64,000 nucleotides of DNA. Source: a virus. Shown here in pieces: positions 53,984 through 63,437 of this stretch. The stretch lies in IMG/VR virus record IMGVR_UViG_3300033485_000003, positions 38,958 through 102,957 of that record; one strand, given 5' to 3'. How positions within the stretch are numbered: position 1 is the first letter of the stretch; every line of letters begins with the position of its first letter. The notes beneath the pieces are model-generated. The model saw nothing but the letters and a program-made list of their open reading frames with translations. It had not been told where the DNA came from and ran no database searches. The translations under genes and the position numbers were made by a program.

Positions 53984-56900
53984 ATGCGCAAGAGCTTGGC
54001 CGAACATGATAACCCAGTTGAGCGGATTTTGGCGCTCAAGTCGGCAACCGTTACAGGAGATCAACTTCGAGCGGCCTTGCAAGATCCAGATCCGACCGTA
54101 CGGGCGTTCGCGGCGCACCATCCCACCCTCCCTCAAGATGTGGTTCAGGGCGACACTTCAGATCTTCCGCCAGATGCTCAAAAAGAAGTGGAATCTCGTC
54201 CAGACTACGCCGCCGTGCAGGAAGCTGGCTGGGCCAACCCTGATTCCAACATGGTCGATGCAGACCCATGGGTGCAAGCCAAGTATCGTCGCGGCGGCCA
54301 TCAAACATTCGAGCGGTATTTGAAGGAGCTCCAGGCTGGATTGCACAAAGCTTTAGACTTTGAAACATTGGCGAACCGTCCGATTGCTACGCCACTGCTG
54401 TATAGGGCCTATAAGCACTCGCCCCACCACCCGGTTTCATTGTTGTTGAAGTATGCAGTCAATCGTATCGAGAACAAAGATATCTACGAGCACGGCAGTC
54501 CGGATCAAGTCGCGCAGCACGAAAAAGCGTGGATGCAGCATCATCAACACGAAAAGAATTCCAACGTCAACATTGAAGACCTACACCAGGCACTCAAATC
54601 CAACCCCAAAATCGTCGAGAACGTACAGGCCCATCAAGCGAAACTTCATAGTTACATTAAGCAGCACAATCCAGATGCCATTAGGGAGATCAACGGACAA
54701 CCGCATATCGCCTTGGCGAGAGGCTACACGGTGCCGAACCCAGGCGCCGACCACGACATAGCTTCGTACGCTGATGACGCTAGTACCGCAGGGAGTTTTG
54801 GGGGTACGGTCAAGCATTGGTGGGTGCCGTTGAAGAACGTGTGGTATTCGTACCACGTGGGACATCAAACGGCCGGAGGGTTGTTGGGGCCAGAGAATGA
54901 ATTCTTGGCATCCAACCATCCACGATTGCCAGCGAGTGTCCCGGATGTCCAACCTGTAGTTCCGAGAGAGCATTATGGCTACACAGAACCCACGGGAGAC
55001 TGGAAACTAGAGCACACGTCAGATGTTGGGCAATTAGGGCGGCTGGCAAGTCATCCGAGTTCAGGTGCTGAAATCCAATCGCATTTGGCTGCACTAAAGA
55101 ATAAGCGTGTACCCTCAGAGTTGCTGCAACACCAAATCCACTCGCCGAATCCGGACATCCGCGCTGCGGTGATGTTGCACCCCAATACTACGTCGGAGCA
55201 AATCCACACAGGACTTAAGGATCCCGACAACTTCGTAGCCCTAAACGCGGTATCTCGGTCCGATTTGACCCCAGAACACTTGACTGCAGCCCTGAAGCAC
55301 CCGAGTCCGCTCGTCCGAAAGCTGGCCTTGAGTGACCCTAAAGCCGGCCACGCCCATATCAAGATGGGGTTGGCCGATCAAGATGAGAGCGTCCGTAAGG
55401 TGGCGGAACAACAAAAAGTGGCGCTGTCCAAACCAAAGGTCCATGTACCCAAACCGCCCGAGCCAGAAACCCACTCAAGCCCTGCGGTGGTGATTGGGGA
55501 TAAGCATACCCCTAAAAGCTACGCCGAGCATCTGATTTCCAAACACGGGTGGCGCCAAACATCCGAGGGACTTCAGAAGAACATCGGGTATGTGGTTTAC
55601 CCCCACTTCGGGGTGCCGTCCCCGTATTCCGAGCCGATGGCACGAGATCGGAAGCAATTCACCTCCTTCGGGCAGGCCAGCGTCGGTCTAAACGATCCGA
55701 GCGCTAGCGGCTACACAGCCTATAACTCTAGGTCGAATAAGCCGACTCCGACCGAAAGACGTCAATTCGGTGCTTCGTATAATACTGCCGCCAAATTTAA
55801 TGCCACCGAACATGAAACGCAACACTCTGTCTATTCTATACTTAAACAGATGCACGGCAGAGAGGTTGGAAGGCGCATTGTAGAGAAGACTATCGCGGGA
55901 CTCACTCCCGATGAACGAGGTCACCTGCGCGCCATCACCGATGTATATGTTAAGAAATACCCCGAAGCCAAGGCTCCTGAAGAGCGTATCGCACACCTAC
56001 ACAACTACACCTCCGATCCTGAGTTTCGTAAAGCCGCTCACGCGCACATGGGTATCGGTGGCAACGTCCGAGCCCAACAGTTGAGCTTGCAGCACGCCAA
56101 GAAAATCGCCCAAAAGTTGCAACATATTGCAGCGAACATGAAGCCAGAGCATGTCGGTCTCTCGGACACACAAAAATCTGAGAGTGTCATTAATGAGCTC
56201 GGGTTCGGTGTCCAACAGGACCTATATCTTAATGCTGTGAATGATTTGTGTCAAATTGAGTGCGACGAAGACTTGTTTCGACTAGAGCTAGTCAAAAATG
56301 ACGACATAGTCGCGTCCGCACTCTTTAGCGCCCACCTTCCCCCGTTGACAGAATACCTCGCGACGGTTGACGAGGTGGCACGGACAGTAAGTTTGGCTTC
56401 AGTTCTGAGCAAATCTGAAGTGGAAGTTCACGGCGTACTTCCAGAAGGGCAGTCTGCGGCGGATGCGATCAAGCGCGCCTTCGAAGCCGACCAGGTAGAA
56501 GAGGTGCAGCTCGGAGGTAAGCACTCTAAAGGTACCATGGTAGCAGAGGATCCGCACGGCGAGCACTTCTTACTTAAGCCTGGTAGCGGCAAGCCGAGTC
56601 CAGCTCAAGGCGTCCGAGAAGAACCCGCCTCGCAAGCCCGTAGAGAGTGTGCATTTTGGCATGTGGCGAGGAATTGGGGGCTTGGGCAGTTCTTCCCTCG
56701 AGCCGATTTGGTCTCTGTCAACGACAAGGAAGTCGCAGCCATGCACCGGCTGCCGTGGGATTGGCAAAACCTAGACAAGCTAGCAAGCAAGGATCCACAA
56801 GCTCCGGTGAGGGCTCTGGAGTCGTACCTCAAGAATGGCGATATACACAAATGGGCTGTGATTGATGCGGTGCTGGGTCAAACAGATCGCCATGGCGCCA

Positions 56901-57277
56901 ACATTATGGTGTCTCCGGATGAAGACGACTACAAGATCGCCTTAATCGACCAAGGAAGCGCCCTGGCAGGTCCATCCTTTTCTCCCGGCACCGACCCGAA
57001 GTCATTTATCCCATACTACCTGCGAGTGTGGCGCGCAAAAGACTGGAAAGACATGCCTTTGGAGCAAAAACTCAAGGCCATGCCAGAAGTGCACGGGGAT
57101 CGTGAAACTCACCTGGCGCAATGGGTACTCGGGCTTCGCGAAGAGGACCTGGAAAGCATTCTGGTCCGATATGGCGTCACACCGCAAGCAAGTCTAGCTC
57201 GTTTGGCTCAATTCAAGAAGATGGCTTTGATGCCTGATTTCTGTGTAGCAATCAACCGATGGTGGTTAGAGACTTAG
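53984..57277 (+). CDS. Polyvalent protein: HEAT repeats, ART-like domain, HExxH peptidase-like domain and PI3/4-kinase-like domain
   Basis: LARG/ASYA/ENEF, HEAT repeats, HETQH, and LLKP..RRE..QTDRHGAN..IDQG. Confidence 0.75.
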   Translation: MRKSLAEHDNPVERILALKSATVTGDQLRAALQDPDPTVRAFAAHHPTLPQDVVQGDTSDLPPDAQKEVESRPDYAAVQEAGWANPDSNMVDADPWVQAKYRRGGHQTFERYLKELQAGLHKALDFETLANRPIATPLLYRAYKHSPHHPVSLLLKYAVNRIENKDIYEHGSPDQVAQHEKAWMQHHQHEKNSNVNIEDLHQALKSNPKIVENVQAHQAKLHSYIKQHNPDAIREINGQPHIALARGYTVPNPGADHDIASYADDASTAGSFGGTVKHWWVPLKNVWYSYHVGHQTAGGLLGPENEFLASNHPRLPASVPDVQPVVPREHYGYTEPTGDWKLEHTSDVGQLGRLASHPSSGAEIQSHLAALKNKRVPSELLQHQIHSPNPDIRAAVMLHPNTTSEQIHTGLKDPDNFVALNAVSRSDLTPEHLTAALKHPSPLVRKLALSDPKAGHAHIKMGLADQDESVRKVAEQQKVALSKPKVHVPKPPEPETHSSPAVVIGDKHTPKSYAEHLISKHGWRQTSEGLQKNIGYVVYPHFGVPSPYSEPMARDRKQFTSFGQASVGLNDPSASGYTAYNSRSNKPTPTERRQFGASYNTAAKFNATEHETQHSVYSILKQMHGREVGRRIVEKTIAGLTPDERGHLRAITDVYVKKYPEAKAPEERIAHLHNYTSDPEFRKAAHAHMGIGGNVRAQQLSLQHAKKIAQKLQHIAANMKPEHVGLSDTQKSESVINELGFGVQQDLYLNAVNDLCQIECDEDLFRLELVKNDDIVASALFSAHLPPLTEYLATVDEVARTVSLASVLSKSEVEVHGVLPEGQSAADAIKRAFEADQVEEVQLGGKHSKGTMVAEDPHGEHFLLKPGSGKPSPAQGVREEPASQARRECAFWHVARNWGLGQFFPRADLVSVNDKEVAAMHRLPWDWQNLDKLASKDPQAPVRALESYLKNGDIHKWAVIDAVLGQTDRHGANIMVSPDEDDYKIALIDQGSALAGPSFSPGTDPKSFIPYYLRVWRAKDWKDMPLEQKLKAMPEVHGDRETHLAQWVLGLREEDLESILVRYGVTPQASLARLAQFKKMALMPDFCVAINRWWLET

Positions 57278-57286
57278 GGGTAATCC

Positions 57287-57985
57287 ATGTCATTTCCATA
57301 CGACACGCCGTTTTCCAACAACAATAAAGCGGATCTCGATCCATATCCTACTGTTCCGGTCATCAATAAAGTGATGGCCGGAGAGTTCAATACTTTGACG
57401 AATGGGGTCAACAGTCTCGCTACAGCCATCACCGCAGGTACTTTTATCGGCTTCGTGGGTAGCTCTACAGCCGCAGTGGCGCCAGCGGGAGGCGTGCGAC
57501 TTCGGGCTGGGACTCAGGGCCTCGAGTTGTCATATAACGGATTGGCTTACCAGCGACTCGTTGGAGTGGAACCACCCACAGCGTACCAGACCGTATTAGT
57601 GCCCAACGTATCTGCAGGGTCGTGGAGTGCCGGCGTGATAGATTATGCGGCCGAGCTGTCAGATCCCACCGACACCATCGGATACGCACTTACCGCTTCT
57701 GGTTACATGGTGCACGGTATCGGTGTGACTCAACTGCCGGATGCGGTCGCAGATCTCGTCTCTACGGCTACACCCTTTTTGAGTGCAGCTCTAACGGGTA
57801 AGGAAGTCACGCTGTCATGGTCCGGGCCGTTTAATTGGGTGCTGTCTGACGATTCTATCCTACCTGGTTCCGCCTTGCGTCTAGCCACAGGCTCTACGAT
57901 CACAATGACACCCGGCAGCCTTCTTAAGGTGATTTATTCCGATGTGGTTGGATGGATTGAGACGTTCCGTTGGTTGGCTCCGTAA
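57287..57985 (+). CDS. Putative virion/tail protein
   Basis: Beta-rich, in the late cluster. Confidence 0.55.
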   Translation: MSFPYDTPFSNNNKADLDPYPTVPVINKVMAGEFNTLTNGVNSLATAITAGTFIGFVGSSTAAVAPAGGVRLRAGTQGLELSYNGLAYQRLVGVEPPTAYQTVLVPNVSAGSWSAGVIDYAAELSDPTDTIGYALTASGYMVHGIGVTQLPDAVADLVSTATPFLSAALTGKEVTLSWSGPFNWVLSDDSILPGSALRLATGSTITMTPGSLLKVIYSDVVGWIETFRWLAP

Positions 57986-58045
57986 CAGCCACAATCGTTT
58001 ATACGTGGTCGCCTGTCGGCGACATGCAACATTTAGGAGTCATAC

Positions 58046-58354
58046 ATGTCACTTTCTACAGACGCCCGCACCCGCCTTGGTATCGCAACGACCGACTTTA
58101 GCGTGGGCAACGAAATTGCCGACGCCATCAACCACTCCGTAGGCGGCCGAGCCACAGTTCTGGCCGGTCAGTCTTCGATTGTCGTGACGAACGCGGCGAT
58201 TGTGTCCGACAGCTCCGTTGTTGCCACCCTTGCAGGTACGGACGGCACCGCCCTTTACGTCACCAAGGCCGTGTGCGCCGCTGGTACCGTCACAATCTCG
58301 GTGAACGTAGCCGCAACGGCCGATGTCGCGGTCGCCTGGCTTAAGGTCAGCTAA
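58046..58354 (+). CDS. Small beta-rich virion protein
   Basis: AGGAG RBS; A/T/V-rich. Confidence 0.6.
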   Translation: MSLSTDARTRLGIATTDFSVGNEIADAINHSVGGRATVLAGQSSIVVTNAAIVSDSSVVATLAGTDGTALYVTKAVCAAGTVTISVNVAATADVAVAWLKVS

Positions 58355-58388
58355 AACGAACATGGCCCCCATCTAACGATGGGGTTTT

Positions 58389-58462
58389 GGGGTTGTAGCT
58401 CAGTTGGGACGAGCGCCGCACTTGCACTGCGGAGGTCCTCGGTTCGATCCCGAGCGACTCCA
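58389..58462 (+). tRNA. tRNA-Ala(TGC)
   Basis: Full cloverleaf, G3-U70, anticodon arm CCGCA-CT-TGC-AC-TGCGG; CCA not encoded. Confidence 0.92.
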
Positions 58463-58524
58463 CTTCATAGTTGTAAATGTAGTCCTGACAGTCCGGTCAT
58501 CTCACGATGGCCGGCTGTTCCATT

Positions 58525-59172
58525 TCAGCCCTCGGCTTCAATCTCTTCGACGTCCTTTTTAGAATACCCATCGCCATAGTCCATGTCGCTGAAGATCCGC
58601 ACCAACTTCGTGATGCCACTCCATGCCTTGTGACCGTATGGGATCATCCGGTACTGTACTTTGTCCTCTAGACGGGCATTGTATGGGTACAAGATCCCGA
58701 TGCAGTGCGCGAACGCGTGAGCCCCCCAATACTCCTCTAGATTTTCAGCGCAGTCGTCAATGATGACATCTGCGTTGAAGCGGTACTTGTCCTTCAAAAA
58801 CACCACTTGGCTGCGGATGTCGATGAAGGGGAAATTGGTGGTCACCCATTGAAGAGTCTCTGGAAGACCGTTGGAGCCAAACCGAGCTGTGACAAAATAC
58901 ACGTCATGGCCGGCATCCATCAGTCTCTTGACGCCCTCAACCGCGCCCGGCATGACCGGAACCGCGAGGTTGAATCCAGTGGCATTCAAGTGTCCGAAGA
59001 TCTTGCCAGGTGGAACTGCGCCGGCTAGAGGAGGACATTTAGCCAAATCCCACTGATTGATGTCTTCGACTTTGGCGTAGACGCCGGTGTCGTCGCCGAT
59101 TTTCTGAAGCCAATACGGCAGTGTATCGGCTAGAATTCCATCGACATCGCACATTATGACGAGCTTGCGCAT
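58525..59172 (-). CDS. 5'(3')-deoxyribonucleotidase (HAD, NT5C-like)
   Basis: DVDGILAD, MPGA, FVTAR and IIDD motifs. Confidence 0.85.
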   Translation of the reverse strand: MRKLVIMCDVDGILADTLPYWLQKIGDDTGVYAKVEDINQWDLAKCPPLAGAVPPGKIFGHLNATGFNLAVPVMPGAVEGVKRLMDAGHDVYFVTARFGSNGLPETLQWVTTNFPFIDIRSQVVFLKDKYRFNADVIIDDCAENLEEYWGAHAFAHCIGILYPYNARLEDKVQYRMIPYGHKAWSGITKLVRIFSDMDYGDGYSKKDVEEIEAEG

Positions 59173-59585
59173 ATGAATATCCCATACATTCGTTTTTGTG
59201 AGTTGATCCAACGCTTTAGAAATTCGGCTCGGCCGTAAACCTGTAGTCCGGCATTGGGTAGCGGATCCCAAACCACCACCCTACGTCCATTGCCGGAGAC
59301 TACTAAAATCCAGTGACTGTCGCCGTCAACGCACAACATAGCAGGACTACCTAAAAATATCAATCGGTTCCAGCTGCGACGCTGATCGGCGGACGAATAT
59401 TCCACCGCGTCCACCTTCAGCCACTTCAGCGCTCGCAGTAGAGATGCTCCGTAGGTGCCATCTTCAGACGCCTTGGTCCATTGAACCACACTATCCCACT
59501 CGACGTTGCGGCCGAGCAGAATGAGCGTATTTTTCAGACAGGTGGGGCCGCAATCCCAACTACCTTTTTGGTGGTGGAGTTTCAC
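59154..59585 (-). CDS. Peptidase C39-like cysteine protease
   Basis: Q...DCGPTCL, HWILV and WDP motifs. Confidence 0.8.
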   Translation of the reverse strand: MKLHHQKGSWDCGPTCLKNTLILLGRNVEWDSVVQWTKASEDGTYGASLLRALKWLKVDAVEYSSADQRRSWNRLIFLGSPAMLCVDGDSHWILVVSGNGRRVVVWDPLPNAGLQVYGRAEFLKRWINSQKRMYGIFICASSS

Positions 59586-60388
59586 TTACGATCCAACACG
59601 AAGGGCTTTACAGAGAATGTCGCCGGCTCCGGCTTCAAATATGCATACATCTCACGCACGGCCACATTGAGTCGCTCGAGACCTTCTTGTTTATTGTTGT
59701 AGAGGATGGCGTCCCACCAGAAATCCGGGATTTGCCCCAAAGACGCCTCGGAGGCGTGTGCTGTAGACACCGTCAGCTCGCTAGACGCGACCTTCAGGCC
59801 TTTGCCGCCAACAGCCTTGATTTTGATGAGCTCGTTTGGAAAGCGAATGTCGGTAACGAAGACCATCGGACACGGCGGAGTCTTGTAGTCCGTCACAAGC
59901 CCCTGGAGTCGATTGTATCTATAGTTGCCTCCTAGGAGCTTGAGAGCCGTCTTGACTGCAAGTTCGGGCCAAACTGCGGGATTGTGCGTTCGAGCGTATT
60001 CCGTACCGAGTTGCTGGAGCATAATGCGAGGGGAAAAAGTGCCGGAGTCTGCGAACTCGCTTTCTATCTTATCAAACCATACTTCGAGCGATTTGACATC
60101 ACCGATCCCGACCTCTTCCAACCACTGCTCGGCCACCTTGGTCCCAAACAGGTTGTTGTAGGCTTCATCCCACCCATTTTGCTTAAGATATCGCTCATCC
60201 ACACCGTTGCGCTTCTCTGAAGGCCCCCAAAGCTGCTCTTCGGTAAAGTCGAAGCCGTATCGCCCCAGCCACTTGATGGGGTCGGCCTGGGCGATGGGAA
60301 CACTCCCGGGCTGCAACTTCATCATCATGCCGGCTACGGTGTCTTTGCCGGCTCCAGCCTGTCCGCCAATTCCAATGATAGGTGTCAT
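59582..60388 (-). CDS. Deoxynucleoside monophosphate kinase
   Basis: GQAGAGKDT, ADPIK, PRIMLQQLGTE, TDIRFPNE and HASE motifs. Confidence 0.88.
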   Translation of the reverse strand: MTPIIGIGGQAGAGKDTVAGMMMKLQPGSVPIAQADPIKWLGRYGFDFTEEQLWGPSEKRNGVDERYLKQNGWDEAYNNLFGTKVAEQWLEEVGIGDVKSLEVWFDKIESEFADSGTFSPRIMLQQLGTEYARTHNPAVWPELAVKTALKLLGGNYRYNRLQGLVTDYKTPPCPMVFVTDIRFPNELIKIKAVGGKGLKVASSELTVSTAHASEASLGQIPDFWWDAILYNNKQEGLERLNVAVREMYAYLKPEPATFSVKPFVLDRK

Positions 60389-60418
60389 GGTGTTCTCCTA
60401 GAGATCAATCTTGTTGAT

Positions 60419-61681
60419 ATGAACGAGTCCAACTACATGCCATCTATACCCGACCAATCGTCCCTCGTCAAGGCCGATACTCCGGCGCAAAAAGGCGGGT
60501 TCGAGGGGCCGAGCAAGACTTACGCCGCCCAACCCAAGGTTATGGAGCACGTGTCGGACTGGCAGCGTAATTTCGGCCGTTTGATGGCCCTGAAACACGG
60601 CCACAAGGCGGACACCCAAGAGGTCAAGGAGGACAAGCCGGATTTTGAGGGGGCGTTCCACAAAATAGCGTCACAAAAAGACCCGGGTAGTGTCAGTGAC
60701 GACCTCAAGAAGCAAATCCTGCAGATTCTGGAGTCCGTCAAGCAGCATGCCCCAGAGATGGAAAGTTTGAAGCAGTCCGCACCGGACATTTACGCATCAG
60801 TAAGTGCTCTAATCCAAGTTATGATCGCGATTGTGCGCGATGTCTCTGGAGAAAAGTCCGAAATCAAGAAGTCCGAAGACTCGATCGGTGGAGAAGGCTC
60901 TCACGAACCAGACATAAAGTTCGACCCAGAGCAACTTGTCGCCGGAACTCAAAACGAAATGCGCGAGCACAATTTGCCGGCCGAGCAAGCCAAGAAAATC
61001 GCCAAAGATCACCTGTTGGAAGAACCGGACTACTATAAGAAGGGCGAAGTCCCGGCGGCGCAGACGACAGCCGCATACAAACACCGTCAAACCGGCCAGG
61101 TCCATGAAACCGGATACTTCCACGATGCTACAGCCCTTCCGCACCCTGAGTCGGAATACACCAAAGGTTTTGTTCACGGCGGTCAGTTCCATACCCCCGA
61201 AGAGGCTCGAGCGAAGAACTTGATGCCCAAGAAGAAGCTCGTTAAGGACGAAATCGCGCCACCGCCGCTACATAGCGATGTCAACAACTTCATGGTCGGA
61301 TTGAAGGGACTTCCTCGTGGAACTCCGCAGCGTGGGTTGTACATCCAGCAACACATGAACCACCCGGCGTTTTTGACTTCGTTGCAGAGCCACCCGCAAG
61401 GTAAGCAAGTTCACGGGATGTTGACGGGGTTCATGAATGGCGTCGCCAACGCCGGACCCCACAACGCCCCTAGAGCGACCGTCAAGGCGGAAGAGCTGCC
61501 TAAGCCTAAGCTACCTGTGGGGACTGTTTTGGATTGCGGACCGACATCGCAGCACGGCCACGCGGGTAAAATCAAGGTGCAGACGCCGGACGGTCAAGAG
61601 CATTGGCGCGGAGTTCGTTCCGGACTGAAGATGGGGCCCGACGGCACGGCCACTGGCGCTCGGCCGGAGTCGAAGGAGTAA
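60419..61681 (+). CDS. Modular head-associated protein (DUF5661-like domain + module shared with the prohead protease)
   Basis: FDPEQL..G...E..EH...AKKIAKDHLLEEPDYY, and AAYKH..TGQV.E.G.FHD; multiple KS/KA motifs. Confidence 0.7.
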   Translation: MNESNYMPSIPDQSSLVKADTPAQKGGFEGPSKTYAAQPKVMEHVSDWQRNFGRLMALKHGHKADTQEVKEDKPDFEGAFHKIASQKDPGSVSDDLKKQILQILESVKQHAPEMESLKQSAPDIYASVSALIQVMIAIVRDVSGEKSEIKKSEDSIGGEGSHEPDIKFDPEQLVAGTQNEMREHNLPAEQAKKIAKDHLLEEPDYYKKGEVPAAQTTAAYKHRQTGQVHETGYFHDATALPHPESEYTKGFVHGGQFHTPEEARAKNLMPKKKLVKDEIAPPPLHSDVNNFMVGLKGLPRGTPQRGLYIQQHMNHPAFLTSLQSHPQGKQVHGMLTGFMNGVANAGPHNAPRATVKAEELPKPKLPVGTVLDCGPTSQHGHAGKIKVQTPDGQEHWRGVRSGLKMGPDGTATGARPESKE

Positions 61682-61682
61682 G

Positions 61683-62507
61683 ATGTTTACTTTGGATGTC
61701 GACTTAGGGCCGGTATTGGGGCTAGCCAGCGGCTTCCGTGCGGCTGTCGATGGAGCTATGTCGAACGCAGCTAGGGATCTGGCGCTACAGACCCATACGC
61801 ACATCCTCGAAGAGGTTCAACAAAAATTGCATTCCAGTCGGCAGCAATACGTCGACGCGCTGTCATTCAAACAAGACGGCGATGTTTGGATTATTTCGCT
61901 GGACAAAAAGGCGTTTTGGATCGACGACGGCATTAAGCCGGGCACTGACATGTTGGATGGGTTGCTGGCGTCACCGCACGCAAAAATTGCGAAGGATGGG
62001 TCAAAATATACCTCCGTACCATTCAAACTCAACAAAGGTCCAACCCAGCAGACGCCGGCTCAAAACGACTTGACCAAGACCCTTAAGTCCGAAATGAAGG
62101 CTCGCAAAATCCCGTACGGCAAAATCGAAGTCGGCCCCGATGGAGCCCCAAAGTTGGGGATGATTCATTCGTTCGACATCTTGTCAAAGCCCATCAAAAA
62201 AGTCGAAGGTGTGGGGCAAGGGCACGGCCCCATCGGCCAAGTGCGCCAAGGTATGACTGGAATTCCTTTCTTGCGGAACGTCCGAGTGTATCAGCAAGAA
62301 GTGACCGACAAAAAGGGCAAGACCTCGACGCAAAAATCCATCATGACCTTCCGAGTCGCTTCCAGCAAGCAACGCGGCAGGGGTATGTGGCGACACCCGG
62401 GTACAATTCCCCACAGGTTCATGGAAGACGCGGTCGAGTGGGCCTTGCAGGAATGGCGCGATAAAATATCCAATCAAGTTCTAGTGGACATCACGAAGAA
62501 CTTTTAG
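61683..62507 (+). CDS. Putative neck/tail-completion protein
   Basis: LHSSRQQY, DG.KY..VPF, MTFRVAS and WRHPG motifs typical of large-myovirus neck proteins. Confidence 0.6.
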   Translation: MFTLDVDLGPVLGLASGFRAAVDGAMSNAARDLALQTHTHILEEVQQKLHSSRQQYVDALSFKQDGDVWIISLDKKAFWIDDGIKPGTDMLDGLLASPHAKIAKDGSKYTSVPFKLNKGPTQQTPAQNDLTKTLKSEMKARKIPYGKIEVGPDGAPKLGMIHSFDILSKPIKKVEGVGQGHGPIGQVRQGMTGIPFLRNVRVYQQEVTDKKGKTSTQKSIMTFRVASSKQRGRGMWRHPGTIPHRFMEDAVEWALQEWRDKISNQVLVDITKNF

Positions 62508-62748
62508 GGACGATATCTCCCAGCTCGAGTAGGCGGTCGACGATCACAGCGTGCTCCGGCTTCTCCTTTGAGAGCACTACCACCAGGTGCGTCTTGGAGC
62601 AATCGGAACATAAGACCCTCCACGCCCCGAGATGTTCTAGCGAGTACGTCGGGTCCTTCGTATCCTCATGGAATTCGTAGTTAAGGCATGCGTCATAGAA
62701 CGTCTTACGTTCACAAACATCACACAATCTATAGTCGGATGATGCCAT
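62491..62748 (-). CDS. Small zinc-binding protein
   Basis: CDVC..CSDC. Confidence 0.6.
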   Translation of the reverse strand: MASSDYRLCDVCERKTFYDACLNYEFHEDTKDPTYSLEHLGAWRVLCSDCSKTHLVVVLSKEKPEHAVIVDRLLELGDIVPKSSS

Positions 62749-63072
62749 TTAGATCCCCAGCTTCTGACGTCCAAGTTCCACCTGCAAGCGCGCCACATAT
62801 CGCACAGTTGCGAGAAGTCGAGAGCCCTCTACGGCCACAAATTCGGCGTCATTCGAGGCGATTTCTTGTGCTTCCGCCAAACTAAACACTTCGTCGTCAT
62901 GCGTCAAAGTCTTGACTGGCGCGACATGACCCCGGACGGCGTCGAATTGCTCTCTGGCGGACTGTAGGGCGTCTCGGTGGAGTTCGGCTACAGTGACGGC
63001 CTCGAGCAGCTTGAGTTCGGCGGTGTGGACGCGAAGGGCTGCTACATGGATGGGGTTGGTTGTGGTAGGCAT
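62749..63072 (-). CDS. Hypothetical protein
   Basis: Leaderless promoter TTGACA-17-TACAAA-6-ATG. Confidence 0.55.
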   Translation of the reverse strand: MPTTTNPIHVAALRVHTAELKLLEAVTVAELHRDALQSAREQFDAVRGHVAPVKTLTHDDEVFSLAEAQEIASNDAEFVAVEGSRLLATVRYVARLQVELGRQKLGI

Positions 63073-63110
63073 GTGTGCTTTGTATATCTCGCCGAGTGCG
63101 ATGTCAAAGA

Positions 63111-63437
63111 CTACCACTTCCAGCCGCAGCGTTCGAGGGCTACACGGGCCGCTTCAATCTCTGGCGGGTCTGATTGTACCGTTGTACCGCGCACACCCGA
63201 CGACATTTTGCGATCGTAGATGCGGACAAACGCAGCCAGCGCTTTGGCAAGCTCTGGGGCGGCGGCCAAGAGGGTGAAATTCGCTTGCTCTTCTGTGTAC
63301 GCGCGGGCTGGCCCGACACCTAGTCGGAACGGCGACTCCGTCTTGGCGATCGGAACGGCGGCGGCGCCACAGATAGATCGAATCAAGCGGCCCCCAAATA
63401 CTTCCCATTTTCCTGACGTCCATTTTTGTTTGGTCAT
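63111..63437 (-). CDS. Phage hypothetical protein (ANxxLxAAAPEL family)
   Basis: WTSGKW...ANFTLLAAAPEL. Confidence 0.7.
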   Translation of the reverse strand: MTKQKWTSGKWEVFGGRLIRSICGAAAVPIAKTESPFRLGVGPARAYTEEQANFTLLAAAPELAKALAAFVRIYDRKMSSGVRGTTVQSDPPEIEAARVALERCGWKW

